Source: a virus. From it: a DNA stretch of 64,000 nt. The stretch lies in IMG/VR virus record IMGVR_UViG_3300047472_000191, positions 32,001 to 96,000 of that record, one strand, 5' to 3'. Shown piece by piece: positions 16,228 through 25,005 of the stretch. The position numbers were made by a program, and so were the translations under genes. The notes beneath the pieces were generated by a model, which saw nothing but the letters and a program-made list of their open reading frames with translations, had not been told where the DNA came from and ran no database searches. Position 1 is the first letter of the stretch. Every line of letters starts with the position of its first letter.

Positions 16228-17337
16228 ATGGCCGATCTCAGTATCCCCCGCAGCATGATCAACATGTTCCCCTACGACACACACCCGTGGACCGCCGCCA
16301 AATTTGTGTCCGAGCTGGAACGCCGCCACCTGGGGGCTATCGAGTGGCTCGAACAGGCCGAATGGCTGCCAGTTGCCGACGCCCTGCTGGGGGAGGACGG
16401 AAAGATGCCCGCCGTCCCCATGTCGAGGAGTTCCGTCCTTAACTACCACCTACAGATGACTGCACAGGAAGTTGCCGTCCACCGCCTGTGGAACCGGCAC
16501 CGGGTCGTGTTCGACGTCCACCCCGGGCTGACCCGTCATCTGCGGTCGTCCGGCAGCGACAAGTTCCCGCCGATGGTGCTTCAGAGCCTGACCCACATCA
16601 ACCCTGTGGTGTTCCTCGAAGAGCCGGTGAACATGCGGGACTCGGCAGACAAGCCGGTCCGGCTGGTCGGATGGTACGTAGCAGGCATGAGCGCCCGTAA
16701 GGGGTATATCGACACCACGGACTCCCGGGCGCGTGCATTCCATCTCACTGCCGTTTCTGAGGTGCTGAGCCCCGACGGAAAGGAAGTGATCGACTGGGAC
16801 CACTGCCGGATCACGATGCCGGTCACGGGGGCCGATGCCACGGTGGGCGAACTCATTGAGCAGGCTCTCGACGCGTTCCAGTGGGATCCGACGATTTCCG
16901 GGCAGACTCAAGACTTGCAGCGGAAGTTCATCTCGGATCTGCTGTATGTGGCGGTGCCTCACATGCTGTACCTCGTGTCGCAGGGGCTGGAGAGCCAGCC
17001 GAAGCCGTTCCACACGCCTGCGGCACCGAGGAAGAACCGTTGGGACCGTAAGCAGGGCGGCGGCAGGGTCACCAGGCAGCTGGTGGGGTTCCGTACGGGG
17101 CCTGCGCTGGCGACTATCGACCGGTGGGGGGATGCCGCGTCTGATCCTCGGGAGGCGAAGGGTCCGCAGGGGCTGCGGCGGTCTCCTGTGGCCCATATGA
17201 GGCGGGCGCACTTCCACACGTTCCTGGCGGGCCCCCGGGATGCGGCGGAGCGCGAGAAGCGCGTGAAGTGGCTGCCGCCGATCCCGGTCAACGCGGACGG
17301 GCCGTCTACGGAGACGGTGGCAGTGAAGATCAAGTAG
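16228..17337 (+). CDS. AcrVA2/FinQ-like protein
   Basis: W...R.VF.V.P.L...L N-terminal block; C-terminal SP.AHMRRAHFH.F..GPR...KWLPPIPVN; own promoter. Confidence 0.55.
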   Translation: MADLSIPRSMINMFPYDTHPWTAAKFVSELERRHLGAIEWLEQAEWLPVADALLGEDGKMPAVPMSRSSVLNYHLQMTAQEVAVHRLWNRHRVVFDVHPGLTRHLRSSGSDKFPPMVLQSLTHINPVVFLEEPVNMRDSADKPVRLVGWYVAGMSARKGYIDTTDSRARAFHLTAVSEVLSPDGKEVIDWDHCRITMPVTGADATVGELIEQALDAFQWDPTISGQTQDLQRKFISDLLYVAVPHMLYLVSQGLESQPKPFHTPAAPRKNRWDRKQGGGRVTRQLVGFRTGPALATIDRWGDAASDPREAKGPQGLRRSPVAHMRRAHFHTFLAGPRDAAEREKRVKWLPPIPVNADGPSTETVAVKIK

Positions 17338-17415
17338 TACTGGGGGAGGGGACTTGAGTTCCCCTCCCCCTTAGTGTTAGGGTAGATATATCGCAATCGA
17401 CGGATGGGACACACC

Positions 17416-17646
17416 ATGATCACTCGCACGAACGACTACCCCACCGGCAGCGCGGACGGCATGTCATTCATCTGCAACCGATGGGTGTTCACCGGCCCCA
17501 AGGGCTACCGCGTCAAGCCCAACGACGACGGCACGTTCAACGTGTACTCGTACGCGCACATGCAGGAGCGAGTGGTCGGCACGTTCGGTATGAACCTGAC
17601 GGAGGACGCGGCGCACGCCCTGGCGGCGTCCCTCGCAAAGCACTGA
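17416..17646 (+). CDS. hypothetical protein
   Basis: Follows promoter motif 17354-17388. Confidence 0.65.
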   Translation: MITRTNDYPTGSADGMSFICNRWVFTGPKGYRVKPNDDGTFNVYSYAHMQERVVGTFGMNLTEDAAHALAASLAKH

Positions 17647-17651
17647 AGCCG

Positions 17652-17702
17652 GATACGCCGAAGGGGCGGGAGTCTTCTGACTCTCCGCCCCTTCGGCGTA
17701 TC
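17652..17702. terminator. long bidirectional hairpin between convergent genes
   Basis: GATACGCCGAAGGGGCGGGAGTC-TTCT-GACTCTCCGCCCCTTCGGCGTATC. Confidence 0.75.
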
Positions 17703-17708
17703 TGCGGC

Positions 17709-18242
17709 CTAGTAGTTGCCGTTGCTCAGGATCTCTCCGCGCGAGTCGTAGACCGTGACCAGCCCGTTCTTGCTGTCCTTGCCCCGGCTGGTCTGCCAGT
17801 CCGTGAAGGCGCTGGCGATCAGCTTGCCGTCGCTCTGGTGCGGGCCCATCATGCCGCCGCTGTAGTCGGTGTAGATGTCGGCGGTGTCCAGAACGTCGTT
17901 CTTCTTGTCGGCGCCCTGGATCTTGGTGACGTGACCGGCGGCGGCCTTCTCGGTGGCCGTACCGTTCTTGGCCACGTACGCCTTGAACTCCTGTACCGGG
18001 CTCTGCGCGGCGCCCGCGTCCTCGCCAGCGGTCAGGGTAGGACGGCTGCTGTGAGGGGAGGAGTCGTCGGTCGTGCCCTTGCTGCCGTTGGACGACGCGG
18101 CGACCGCGACAACTCCGACCGCGACGAAACCGATGAAGACGTAGAGGCAGCCCTTGCCCTTGCGCTTCTTCTTCGGCTCGGGCTGCGGGGCGTACTGCGG
18201 GCCCTGGTTGGGCAACGGCTGCTGCGGGTCCTGCTGAGACAT
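17709..18242 (-). CDS. membrane-anchored extracytoplasmic protein (possible superinfection exclusion)
   Basis: Q/P-rich N-terminus, KKKRKGK, single TM segment, Ser/Thr linker, small globular domain. Confidence 0.7.
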   Translation of the reverse strand: MSQQDPQQPLPNQGPQYAPQPEPKKKRKGKGCLYVFIGFVAVGVVAVAASSNGSKGTTDDSSPHSSRPTLTAGEDAGAAQSPVQEFKAYVAKNGTATEKAAAGHVTKIQGADKKNDVLDTADIYTDYSGGMMGPHQSDGKLIASAFTDWQTSRGKDSKNGLVTVYDSRGEILSNGNY

Positions 18243-18474
18243 GGGAGTTCCCCCTGAGGTGAGTTGGGGCCATCGCAGCGCGTGCCAGCGAAGGCGGAGA
18301 GCAGCATACGGCACTGTCCGTGTCCGATCAATCTACCCTCTCACCGCTTTGCACTTGCAGCGCTAATTGCAGGACTAGTTGTAGGCTGACGTAAACGTGA
18401 TCGGTAAGCTACCGTAAACGTCACCGGAAACAATCAGGCCAAGTACGCCGGTCCTGTAGCACCTGTAGGGGATC

Positions 18475-18741
18475 ATGAGCCTCATAAACGACTTGGTGAG
18501 CATCGAATCCCGACGCGGCACCTATCCCGGCCCCCAGTGCACCGTCGCGCGAATCATGGGCCAGATCAGCGAAGACGACCGCGCCCAGCTGTGCCGCGTC
18601 CTCGACAACCCCGACATCCCCGGCTCCGTCATCGCCGGGGCGCTCACCAGCAACGGATACCCGGTGGCCGACAAAACGGTTCTGCGGCACCGCAAGCGCG
18701 GCACCGCGTCTGGCTGCCACTGCCCCAAGGGTGATGAGTGA
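18475..18741 (+). CDS. small Zn-binding HTH-like protein
   Basis: C.V..I...LD....L...GY.V...TV.RHR....C.C; coupled to the phosphoesterase gene. Confidence 0.7.
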   Translation: MSLINDLVSIESRRGTYPGPQCTVARIMGQISEDDRAQLCRVLDNPDIPGSVIAGALTSNGYPVADKTVLRHRKRGTASGCHCPKGDE

Positions 18742-19988
18742 ACGGGGGCCTCTCCAGCGACCTGGAGGCGTTACTACGGCTCCCCGCCGGACAAGCAGGA
18801 CCCTCACGTACCGGTCACACCCCGACCTCCCCCGTCGGCCGCGAATGGCAGCCCGGAGTCGCGTTCAACCCCGACGGCGCCATGACCGTGGTCACCGCCC
18901 CAACTGCCACAGGCCCGCAGGATCCTGACGCCTGGAAGGCTGCTGTTGAGGAACTCGGGCTCGCGGTCCCCGAGGGCTGGACCGTGCAGCTCACCGAAGC
19001 CAAATACGATCCCGCCGCCTGGACCCGCTCCGCCGAAGGTGCGGACGCCGTCACCCAGGCCGTGTGGCGCCTGAAATTCCGGGTGGCCCCGTCCTCCCTG
19101 GCCGGGTACGGCGCTGAGGACGTCGCGACGATGGTTCGGGACGCCATGCGCGTCAAACGCACTCGTAGGGCCCTTGTAGCCCCGTCTCGGGGCCTTGTCG
19201 TCGCCTACTCAGACCCCCAGACAGGCAAAGTGGACCGTCGCGGTGGTACTCCGGAACTTGTATCCCGCATCGCGGAAAAGTTTGACCGGCTCCAGGACCA
19301 CGTCCGCGACCTCAAGGCCCTCGGCCGCCCCGTGGACTCCGCGTACTGGATGGACGCCGGAGACTGCGTCGAAGGACAGCAGAACGTCGCCTCGCAGCTC
19401 GCCACGAACGATCTGACCATGACCGAGATGGTCCGGCTGCACCGCCGTCTGACCTTCGATGGACTGACCCGGCTCGCCCGGCAGTTCGACTCCGTGACCG
19501 CAGCAGTGTGCGCCTCCAACCACGCCCAGCACCGCATCAACGGCAAAGTCGTCGGGCCTCCCTCAGACGACTGGGGCATCGAGACGATGCAGCAAGTCGC
19601 CGACGCGTTCAACTGCAACCCCGACGCGTTCGGCCACGTCAAGTTCGTCCTGCCTGAAGAATGGCAGGAGACGGTGAGTATCGACGTCGCCGGAACGGTC
19701 GTCGGCCTCTCCCACGGGCACCAAGTACGAGGTCCCGGCAAGGTCGTGGACTGGTGGCGCGGCCAGACTTTCGGAGAGCAGCCGGTGGCAGCCGCCAAGA
19801 TCCTCCTGACCGGGCATTTCCACCACTTCCGGGCCGAGGAAGTCGGCTCCGGCAAGCTCTGGCTGCAAGCCCCCGCCCTGGACAACGGCTCTTCCTGGTA
19901 CGCCAACCGCTCCGGGGACGACTCCCGGGCCGGACTGATGGTCTTTTCCGTAGGTCCGGACGGCTGGTCCGACCTTGTCATCCTCTGA
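18738..19988 (+). CDS. calcineurin-like metallophosphoesterase / nuclease
   Basis: SDPQ.GK, GDCVEG, SNH, HGHQ, GHFHH motifs. Confidence 0.85.
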   Translation: MNGGLSSDLEALLRLPAGQAGPSRTGHTPTSPVGREWQPGVAFNPDGAMTVVTAPTATGPQDPDAWKAAVEELGLAVPEGWTVQLTEAKYDPAAWTRSAEGADAVTQAVWRLKFRVAPSSLAGYGAEDVATMVRDAMRVKRTRRALVAPSRGLVVAYSDPQTGKVDRRGGTPELVSRIAEKFDRLQDHVRDLKALGRPVDSAYWMDAGDCVEGQQNVASQLATNDLTMTEMVRLHRRLTFDGLTRLARQFDSVTAAVCASNHAQHRINGKVVGPPSDDWGIETMQQVADAFNCNPDAFGHVKFVLPEEWQETVSIDVAGTVVGLSHGHQVRGPGKVVDWWRGQTFGEQPVAAAKILLTGHFHHFRAEEVGSGKLWLQAPALDNGSSWYANRSGDDSRAGLMVFSVGPDGWSDLVIL

Positions 19989-19999
19989 GGGGAGTTCCC

Positions 20000-20329
20000 G
20001 TGTCTCACGACGACGCCGAATCCGACGGTGAAGAGCTGGCGATCCCTCCGGGGATGCTCCCCCTGATCCACATCGAAGAGCCGGAGGTTGCCGCACTGCG
20101 GTGGACGCCCACCACGTTCTTCATCGACCTGTTCATGTCCGTCGCGGGCATCATGGAGGCCATCGCCGGTTTCTACGGTGACCAGGCCCGATCCCTCGCC
20201 GCCCGCGCCTCCCTCAAGGAGGAACTGAAGGACCGCGCGATCCGGCAGCAGATCAGAGCCGAGGAACGCCGCCGGATGCAGCTCCACACCCTGGAAGACA
20301 TCGCCTACTTACCCGAGGCCACAGAGTGA
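20000..20329 (+). CDS. hypothetical protein
   Basis: GGGGAG RBS before GTG. Confidence 0.6.
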   Translation: MSHDDAESDGEELAIPPGMLPLIHIEEPEVAALRWTPTTFFIDLFMSVAGIMEAIAGFYGDQARSLAARASLKEELKDRAIRQQIRAEERRRMQLHTLEDIAYLPEATE

Positions 20330-20417
20330 TAGGGTAGCCGTAGGCGGTCCGGCCGGGTTCCCGGCAAGGTCCGCATACCGCAGTCAGGGCCGAGACGGTC
20401 GGTCAGGTCTGCTTCCA

Positions 20418-20453
20418 CGAAACCCCCCCGGTGGTCTTCACCGGGGGGTTTCG
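20418..20453 (+). terminator. intrinsic terminator
   Basis: CGAAACCCCCCCGGTG / CACCGGGGGGTTTCG. Confidence 0.7.
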
Positions 20454-20536
20454 TCATTTCCGGCATTCCCCTGCCTCTTGACTTTTCCGTACAATGATCA
20501 GACAAGTGCGGATTAGCTGGAGAAAGAGGGCAGGGC

Positions 20537-22240
20537 GTGGCACGCAACGCATGGGCGGACCGTCTCGCCACCCTCTACGAATTACAGGCAAAACAGGATT
20601 CACACCGCAATCCCGCCGTATGGGTAAAAGACATCCTCGGCGAGGACATGTGGTCCATGCAGACCGCCATTTGTGAGAGCGTCCGGGACCACCGATTCAC
20701 TGCCGTCCAGTCCTGCCACGCCGCCGGGAAAAGTCATCTGGCCTCCCGGCTGGCCGCCTGGTGGATCGCCACCACGCCCATGGAAGAGGTCTTCCTCGTC
20801 ACCACGGCGCCCACAGCCCGCCAGGTGGCCTCCATCCTCTGGCGCTACATTCAGCGCGCCCACAACCTTGCCAAAGAGCGGGGCTTCACCATCCCCGGGC
20901 AGATCCTTTCCTCACCCATCCCGTCGTGGAAGATCAACGGGGAACTTGTCGGTATCGGGCAGAAGCCGCCGGACAAGGAAGACTCTGCCTTCCAGGGTTT
21001 CCACGCCGAAAAGATCCTGGTCGTCATCGACGAAGCGTGTGGTGTCGACCGTTCCATCTGGGACGCCGTGGACTCCCTCGTGACCAACGAATCGTCCCGG
21101 GTGCTGGCCATCGGAAACCCTACCGACCCGGCTTCCCATTTCCGGCAGGTGTGCTCCCCGGAATCCCCGCTAGGTGAGAAGTGGAACAAGCTGCGGATCG
21201 ATGCCCTGCGGTCCCCGCTGATGACGGAAGAGGCGTGCTCCCGGTACCCGAAGCTGGTGGAGTACATGAAGGCGGAGGGGATCCCCTTCTCCACCGAGGC
21301 GGTGTCCTCCACGCTCCAGAAGACTCTGGTGGGTCCGACGTGGGTGTATGAGTCCATGATCGGATGGGGCAAGGAATCTTCGCTGTTCAATGCGAAGGTC
21401 CGGGCGATCTTCCCCGAGACGTCCGCTGAGGGCACCATCCCGCTGGCCTGGGCCGAGGCAGCCATGGCCCGGTGGGAACGCTGGCGCGACGGCACGTACA
21501 TCATCGACCCCGACACCGAAGAGCCGGTGTGCGTGGAAGAGCCGCGCGCCCAGCAGATCGGTGAGATCGTCATCGGCGCGGACATCTCCGACGGCGGCGA
21601 GGACGAGACAGTCGCGGCCGTCCGGCAGGGCGATGTAGTCCGCGAACTGCTGGCTTTCCCCTCCAAGGACCCGCTGACCACTGCGGACGATCTCCAGATC
21701 ATTGCCGCCAAACACGGGGCGCCGACGAACGCGAAATACATCGTGGACGGTATCGGCGTCGGCTCCGGTGTCGTGGCCAAGCTGCGCCGGGACGGTCAGG
21801 ATACGTACGCGTTCATCGCCGCCGCCAACTCCGGCCGCAAGGACACCACACAGAAGATGTCGTTCATCAACGACCGTGCGGCGGCCTGGTGGAATCTGCG
21901 GGAGCTGCTGAACCCCTCCCGCAAGGGCGGCGCCACGATCGCGTTCCCCCGGGACGAAAAGCTGCTGGCGGAGCTGACCTGCCCGCGCTACGACACACAG
22001 CCCGGTACCCCGAAGTACAAGATCGAAAAGAAGGAAGACATCAAGACCCGGCTGGGGCGGTCGACCGACCGGGCCGACGCTGTCATTCACGCGTTCTGGA
22101 TGCCGTACGGACCGGCTCCTTTCGAGGCGCCGAAGGACCACGACTGGAAGGCCTCCGACGAACGCTATACCGACAACGATTCAGAGGCCGTGGTGGAGAC
22201 ATGGGATACCACCACGGATATGGAACTCTCGGGCTGGTAG
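20537..22240 (+). CDS. terL: terminase large subunit
   Basis: Walker A SCHAAGKS, TAPT..Q, Walker B VVIDEA, IGNP; RNase H-like GADIS..G.D and DRADA. Confidence 0.95.
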   Translation: MARNAWADRLATLYELQAKQDSHRNPAVWVKDILGEDMWSMQTAICESVRDHRFTAVQSCHAAGKSHLASRLAAWWIATTPMEEVFLVTTAPTARQVASILWRYIQRAHNLAKERGFTIPGQILSSPIPSWKINGELVGIGQKPPDKEDSAFQGFHAEKILVVIDEACGVDRSIWDAVDSLVTNESSRVLAIGNPTDPASHFRQVCSPESPLGEKWNKLRIDALRSPLMTEEACSRYPKLVEYMKAEGIPFSTEAVSSTLQKTLVGPTWVYESMIGWGKESSLFNAKVRAIFPETSAEGTIPLAWAEAAMARWERWRDGTYIIDPDTEEPVCVEEPRAQQIGEIVIGADISDGGEDETVAAVRQGDVVRELLAFPSKDPLTTADDLQIIAAKHGAPTNAKYIVDGIGVGSGVVAKLRRDGQDTYAFIAAANSGRKDTTQKMSFINDRAAAWWNLRELLNPSRKGGATIAFPRDEKLLAELTCPRYDTQPGTPKYKIEKKEDIKTRLGRSTDRADAVIHAFWMPYGPAPFEAPKDHDWKASDERYTDNDSEAVVETWDTTTDMELSGW

Positions 22241-22297
22241 GGCGAAAATTCCGAATGTTAGCATAAGCCGGACAGATGCATAGACTAGGGGAGCACC

Positions 22298-23854
22298 GTG
22301 GCGGATGAGAAGTTAGGCGACGACAACCTGCCTCAGGGCGGTGTTCTCGCCGATTACGCCCTGGATTACCCGGACAAACCTCTCGTCAAAACGGCCAGTG
22401 GTGCCCCCGAGGTGGCTCTTGAAGCCGAAGAGGGAAGCCTTTACACCTGGTCCGACTCTTTCGCCGCTTCCTGGTCCGGTGTCCCCGGCCGCATCCTTCT
22501 CGACGAGAACGAATTCGAAAGTCTTTCGTTTGAGGAGATGCTCGGCCGGGACGGTAAGGCCCGGACCATTCAGCAGGTCCTTACTCTCCCGATCCGGTCG
22601 GCGCCGTGGAAGATCCTCCCGGGCCCTGGGGACAGCGGCGAGGCTGCCTTCGTTCAGGACGCGCTGACCAAGCCCGCCAACCTGGGCGGTATGAAGACCC
22701 CGATGCGGCTGCTCATCGCACAGGCCCTGTCTGCCCGTACCAACCGCAAGGCGTGCTTCGAGAAAGTCTTCGTGGAGCGGGACGGCAAGATCGTATACGA
22801 CCGGCTGGCCTTCCGGCCCTCCCCGACCACTGCGATAGCCCGCGACCCGAAGACGGGTGCGTTCCGGGGCTTCCGGCAGCGCCCAGTGTCCGTCGGCGGC
22901 GCCGTGTGGCCGAACATCTGGATAGACATCCCCGCCCAGTACAGCTGGGTGCACCTGAACAACCAGCACATCAACGCCGCACGCGGACACTCCGACATGG
23001 AGCTGATCTACTGGCTGCACGACAAGAAGCAGAAGGTGCTGTTCCTCTGGGCCTCGTTCCTGGAAGCGAACGCCACCGGCCGGTACGTCGTGCAGGCCGA
23101 GGACGAGACCCGGGCCAAGCAGTACGCAAAGGCCCTGCGGTACGTCAAGAACGGCGGCGTCCTCGGTACGTCCTCGGAGATCAAGATCGACACCCTGGAG
23201 CTGGGCACCGGGGCGGCCGGGCTGTTCAGGGACTTCATCGACTACCTGGACAACCAGATGGCAGCGTCGGTGTTGGCCGGGTTCACCAACCTCCCCGACA
23301 GTCCCGGCGGGTCCTACGCGCTGTCCAAGGACCAGTCGGACTTCTTTCTCCAGTCCCTCACCGGCACCGCGAAGGAGCTGGCCGAGTCCATCACGAACTA
23401 CGTGATCGCCGACCTGGTCATGTACAACTACGGGCCGAAGGGCGTCTGCCCAAGTTTCGAGTTCGGGCCGCTGTCCGAGGGCGACTTGGAGACGGTCAAG
23501 GGGCTGCTGCTCGGCTTCGGTACGACCCCGACGGAACTCCGTGTCCCGCAGGCCTTCATGACCGAGCTGACCAAGATGATGGGCACCTATCTGGACATGC
23601 CCATGGAAGAGGTCAACAAGGAGTTCCAGCAGCTGGAGGACCGCATCGACCAGCGGATGGATCTGGAGCTGGAGACCAAGAAGGCCGGTCTGGACGCCCA
23701 GAAGCAGATGGCGGCGCAGGGCGGTCCTCAGGCGGGTGCCGCCGTGGGCGCGGCCAATCAGCAGAAGAAGGCTGAGATGGCGAAGGCCGGGGCGAAGATC
23801 AATAAGGCGGCGCAGATGGTCCAGCAGAAGGCTGCGGCCGTAAAGGGCAAATAA
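22298..23854 (+). CDS. portal protein (Mu gp29/DUF935-like)
   Basis: Follows TerL; FIDYLDNQM..SVL, GGSYALS...DFF. Confidence 0.88.
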   Translation: MADEKLGDDNLPQGGVLADYALDYPDKPLVKTASGAPEVALEAEEGSLYTWSDSFAASWSGVPGRILLDENEFESLSFEEMLGRDGKARTIQQVLTLPIRSAPWKILPGPGDSGEAAFVQDALTKPANLGGMKTPMRLLIAQALSARTNRKACFEKVFVERDGKIVYDRLAFRPSPTTAIARDPKTGAFRGFRQRPVSVGGAVWPNIWIDIPAQYSWVHLNNQHINAARGHSDMELIYWLHDKKQKVLFLWASFLEANATGRYVVQAEDETRAKQYAKALRYVKNGGVLGTSSEIKIDTLELGTGAAGLFRDFIDYLDNQMAASVLAGFTNLPDSPGGSYALSKDQSDFFLQSLTGTAKELAESITNYVIADLVMYNYGPKGVCPSFEFGPLSEGDLETVKGLLLGFGTTPTELRVPQAFMTELTKMMGTYLDMPMEEVNKEFQQLEDRIDQRMDLELETKKAGLDAQKQMAAQGGPQAGAAVGAANQQKKAEMAKAGAKINKAAQMVQQKAAAVKGK

Positions 23855-23938
23855 AAAACCGAACCCCGCCAGGAGCTGTGCTCAACTAGCGGGGTTCGAT
23901 CACCCAACCACCCAAAATGGATATTACTGGGAGGGTGT

Positions 23939-24568
23939 ATGTCGGAGCAAGCGCAGCAAATGGCCCAAAGCGAATCTTCACAACATGAGGCTGAGATTGC
24001 TGCCGTGGTTGCCATTTTGGTGGCCGGGCCTCCGCTCGTCACCGCGATACAGGCTATTTCAGCTGTGTTGAAAACTCCCAAAAAGCTCGCACTCGGTCTA
24101 CTCGCCCTCATCAAGTACAAACCCGGCAAAAAGACGAAGGCGACCGCAGCCGGACCCGTCGCAGCCGCCATAAAAAAGAACATGCGCTTCCGGGCCGCCT
24201 ATGTGATCAACGCTGTCCGGCGGCTCGCCGACGCCCCCGACCTTCCCGCAGCACTCGCCCGGGAAAAGCAGCTGTTTGCCGCTCACAAAGAAGCCGCCGC
24301 ACGCCGCACAGCCGCCGCGAAAGCCTCCGCCGACATGGCTGCAACCAGCAACAGCCGCACCCTGGGCTGGGGCGGAATTCTCGACGATCGCACCACCCCC
24401 GACTGCCGCTGGCTCATCGGGAAAAACTATTCCGTCGACAATCCGCCTGAAGGCCTGCACCCCGGAGGACGGCACCCGCGCTGCCGCTGCTACCCGACCC
24501 CGGCCTACCCTGGAAAACCCGTCGTCACGGAACTCCCCGCGCACCTCCGAGGAAATTCGCCGCTATAG
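23939..24568 (+). CDS. MuF-like minor head protein
   Basis: W...LDDRTTPDC..L.G, PG..HPRCRC. Confidence 0.82.
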   Translation: MSEQAQQMAQSESSQHEAEIAAVVAILVAGPPLVTAIQAISAVLKTPKKLALGLLALIKYKPGKKTKATAAGPVAAAIKKNMRFRAAYVINAVRRLADAPDLPAALAREKQLFAAHKEAAARRTAAAKASADMAATSNSRTLGWGGILDDRTTPDCRWLIGKNYSVDNPPEGLHPGGRHPRCRCYPTPAYPGKPVVTELPAHLRGNSPL

Positions 24569-24651
24569 GTACTAGCCTCCCAGATTGACGAATAAACAGG
24601 TAGTTTGGTATCCGGCATGCCAGCTGAAAACTCGCGCGAGGAGACCGAACC

Positions 24652-24975
24652 ATGGCCACAGCTTTAACCGTCATTTCCGCTTCCAATGGCGGTCTGACCA
24701 CCTTCCCGCCCGTCGCGGCGGACACCACGGGAAACACGTTCACGAACGACGGCCGCACCTGGCTGTTCATCGACGGCGGCGCCGCCGGTGGAACTCTCGT
24801 CGTGAAGTCGAACGTCATTCTCCCCACGGGCCTGGTCGTGCCGGACAAGACGTACACCATCGCCGCGACCACCACGTACCTGCTCGACCCGTCCGACTTC
24901 CCGTACGTCGTCACCGGCGACACGGTCAAGGTCACGGCGTCCGTCAACACCATCAAGCTCGCCGCGTTCCACTAA
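24652..24975 (+). CDS. small beta-rich virion-associated protein
   Basis: GAGGAG RBS; G.TF.NDG...L; head-cluster location. Confidence 0.7.
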   Translation: MATALTVISASNGGLTTFPPVAADTTGNTFTNDGRTWLFIDGGAAGGTLVVKSNVILPTGLVVPDKTYTIAATTTYLLDPSDFPYVVTGDTVKVTASVNTIKLAAFH

Positions 24976-25005
24976 ACCCGACGTAACCTTTCTGGAGCGC
25001 AGGAC

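Noticed and set aside
14998-16449. 483-aa minus-strand ORF
   Set aside because: Overlaps three plus-strand genes that have promoters, RBSs and recognisable motifs
18475-20329. Assignment of a terminase small subunit to 18475 or 20000
   Set aside because: Position is suggestive but there is no recognisable TerS motif
20340-20415. Second tRNA gene
   Set aside because: No TTCGA T-loop or proper 7-nt anticodon loop; kept only as a weak sRNA candidate
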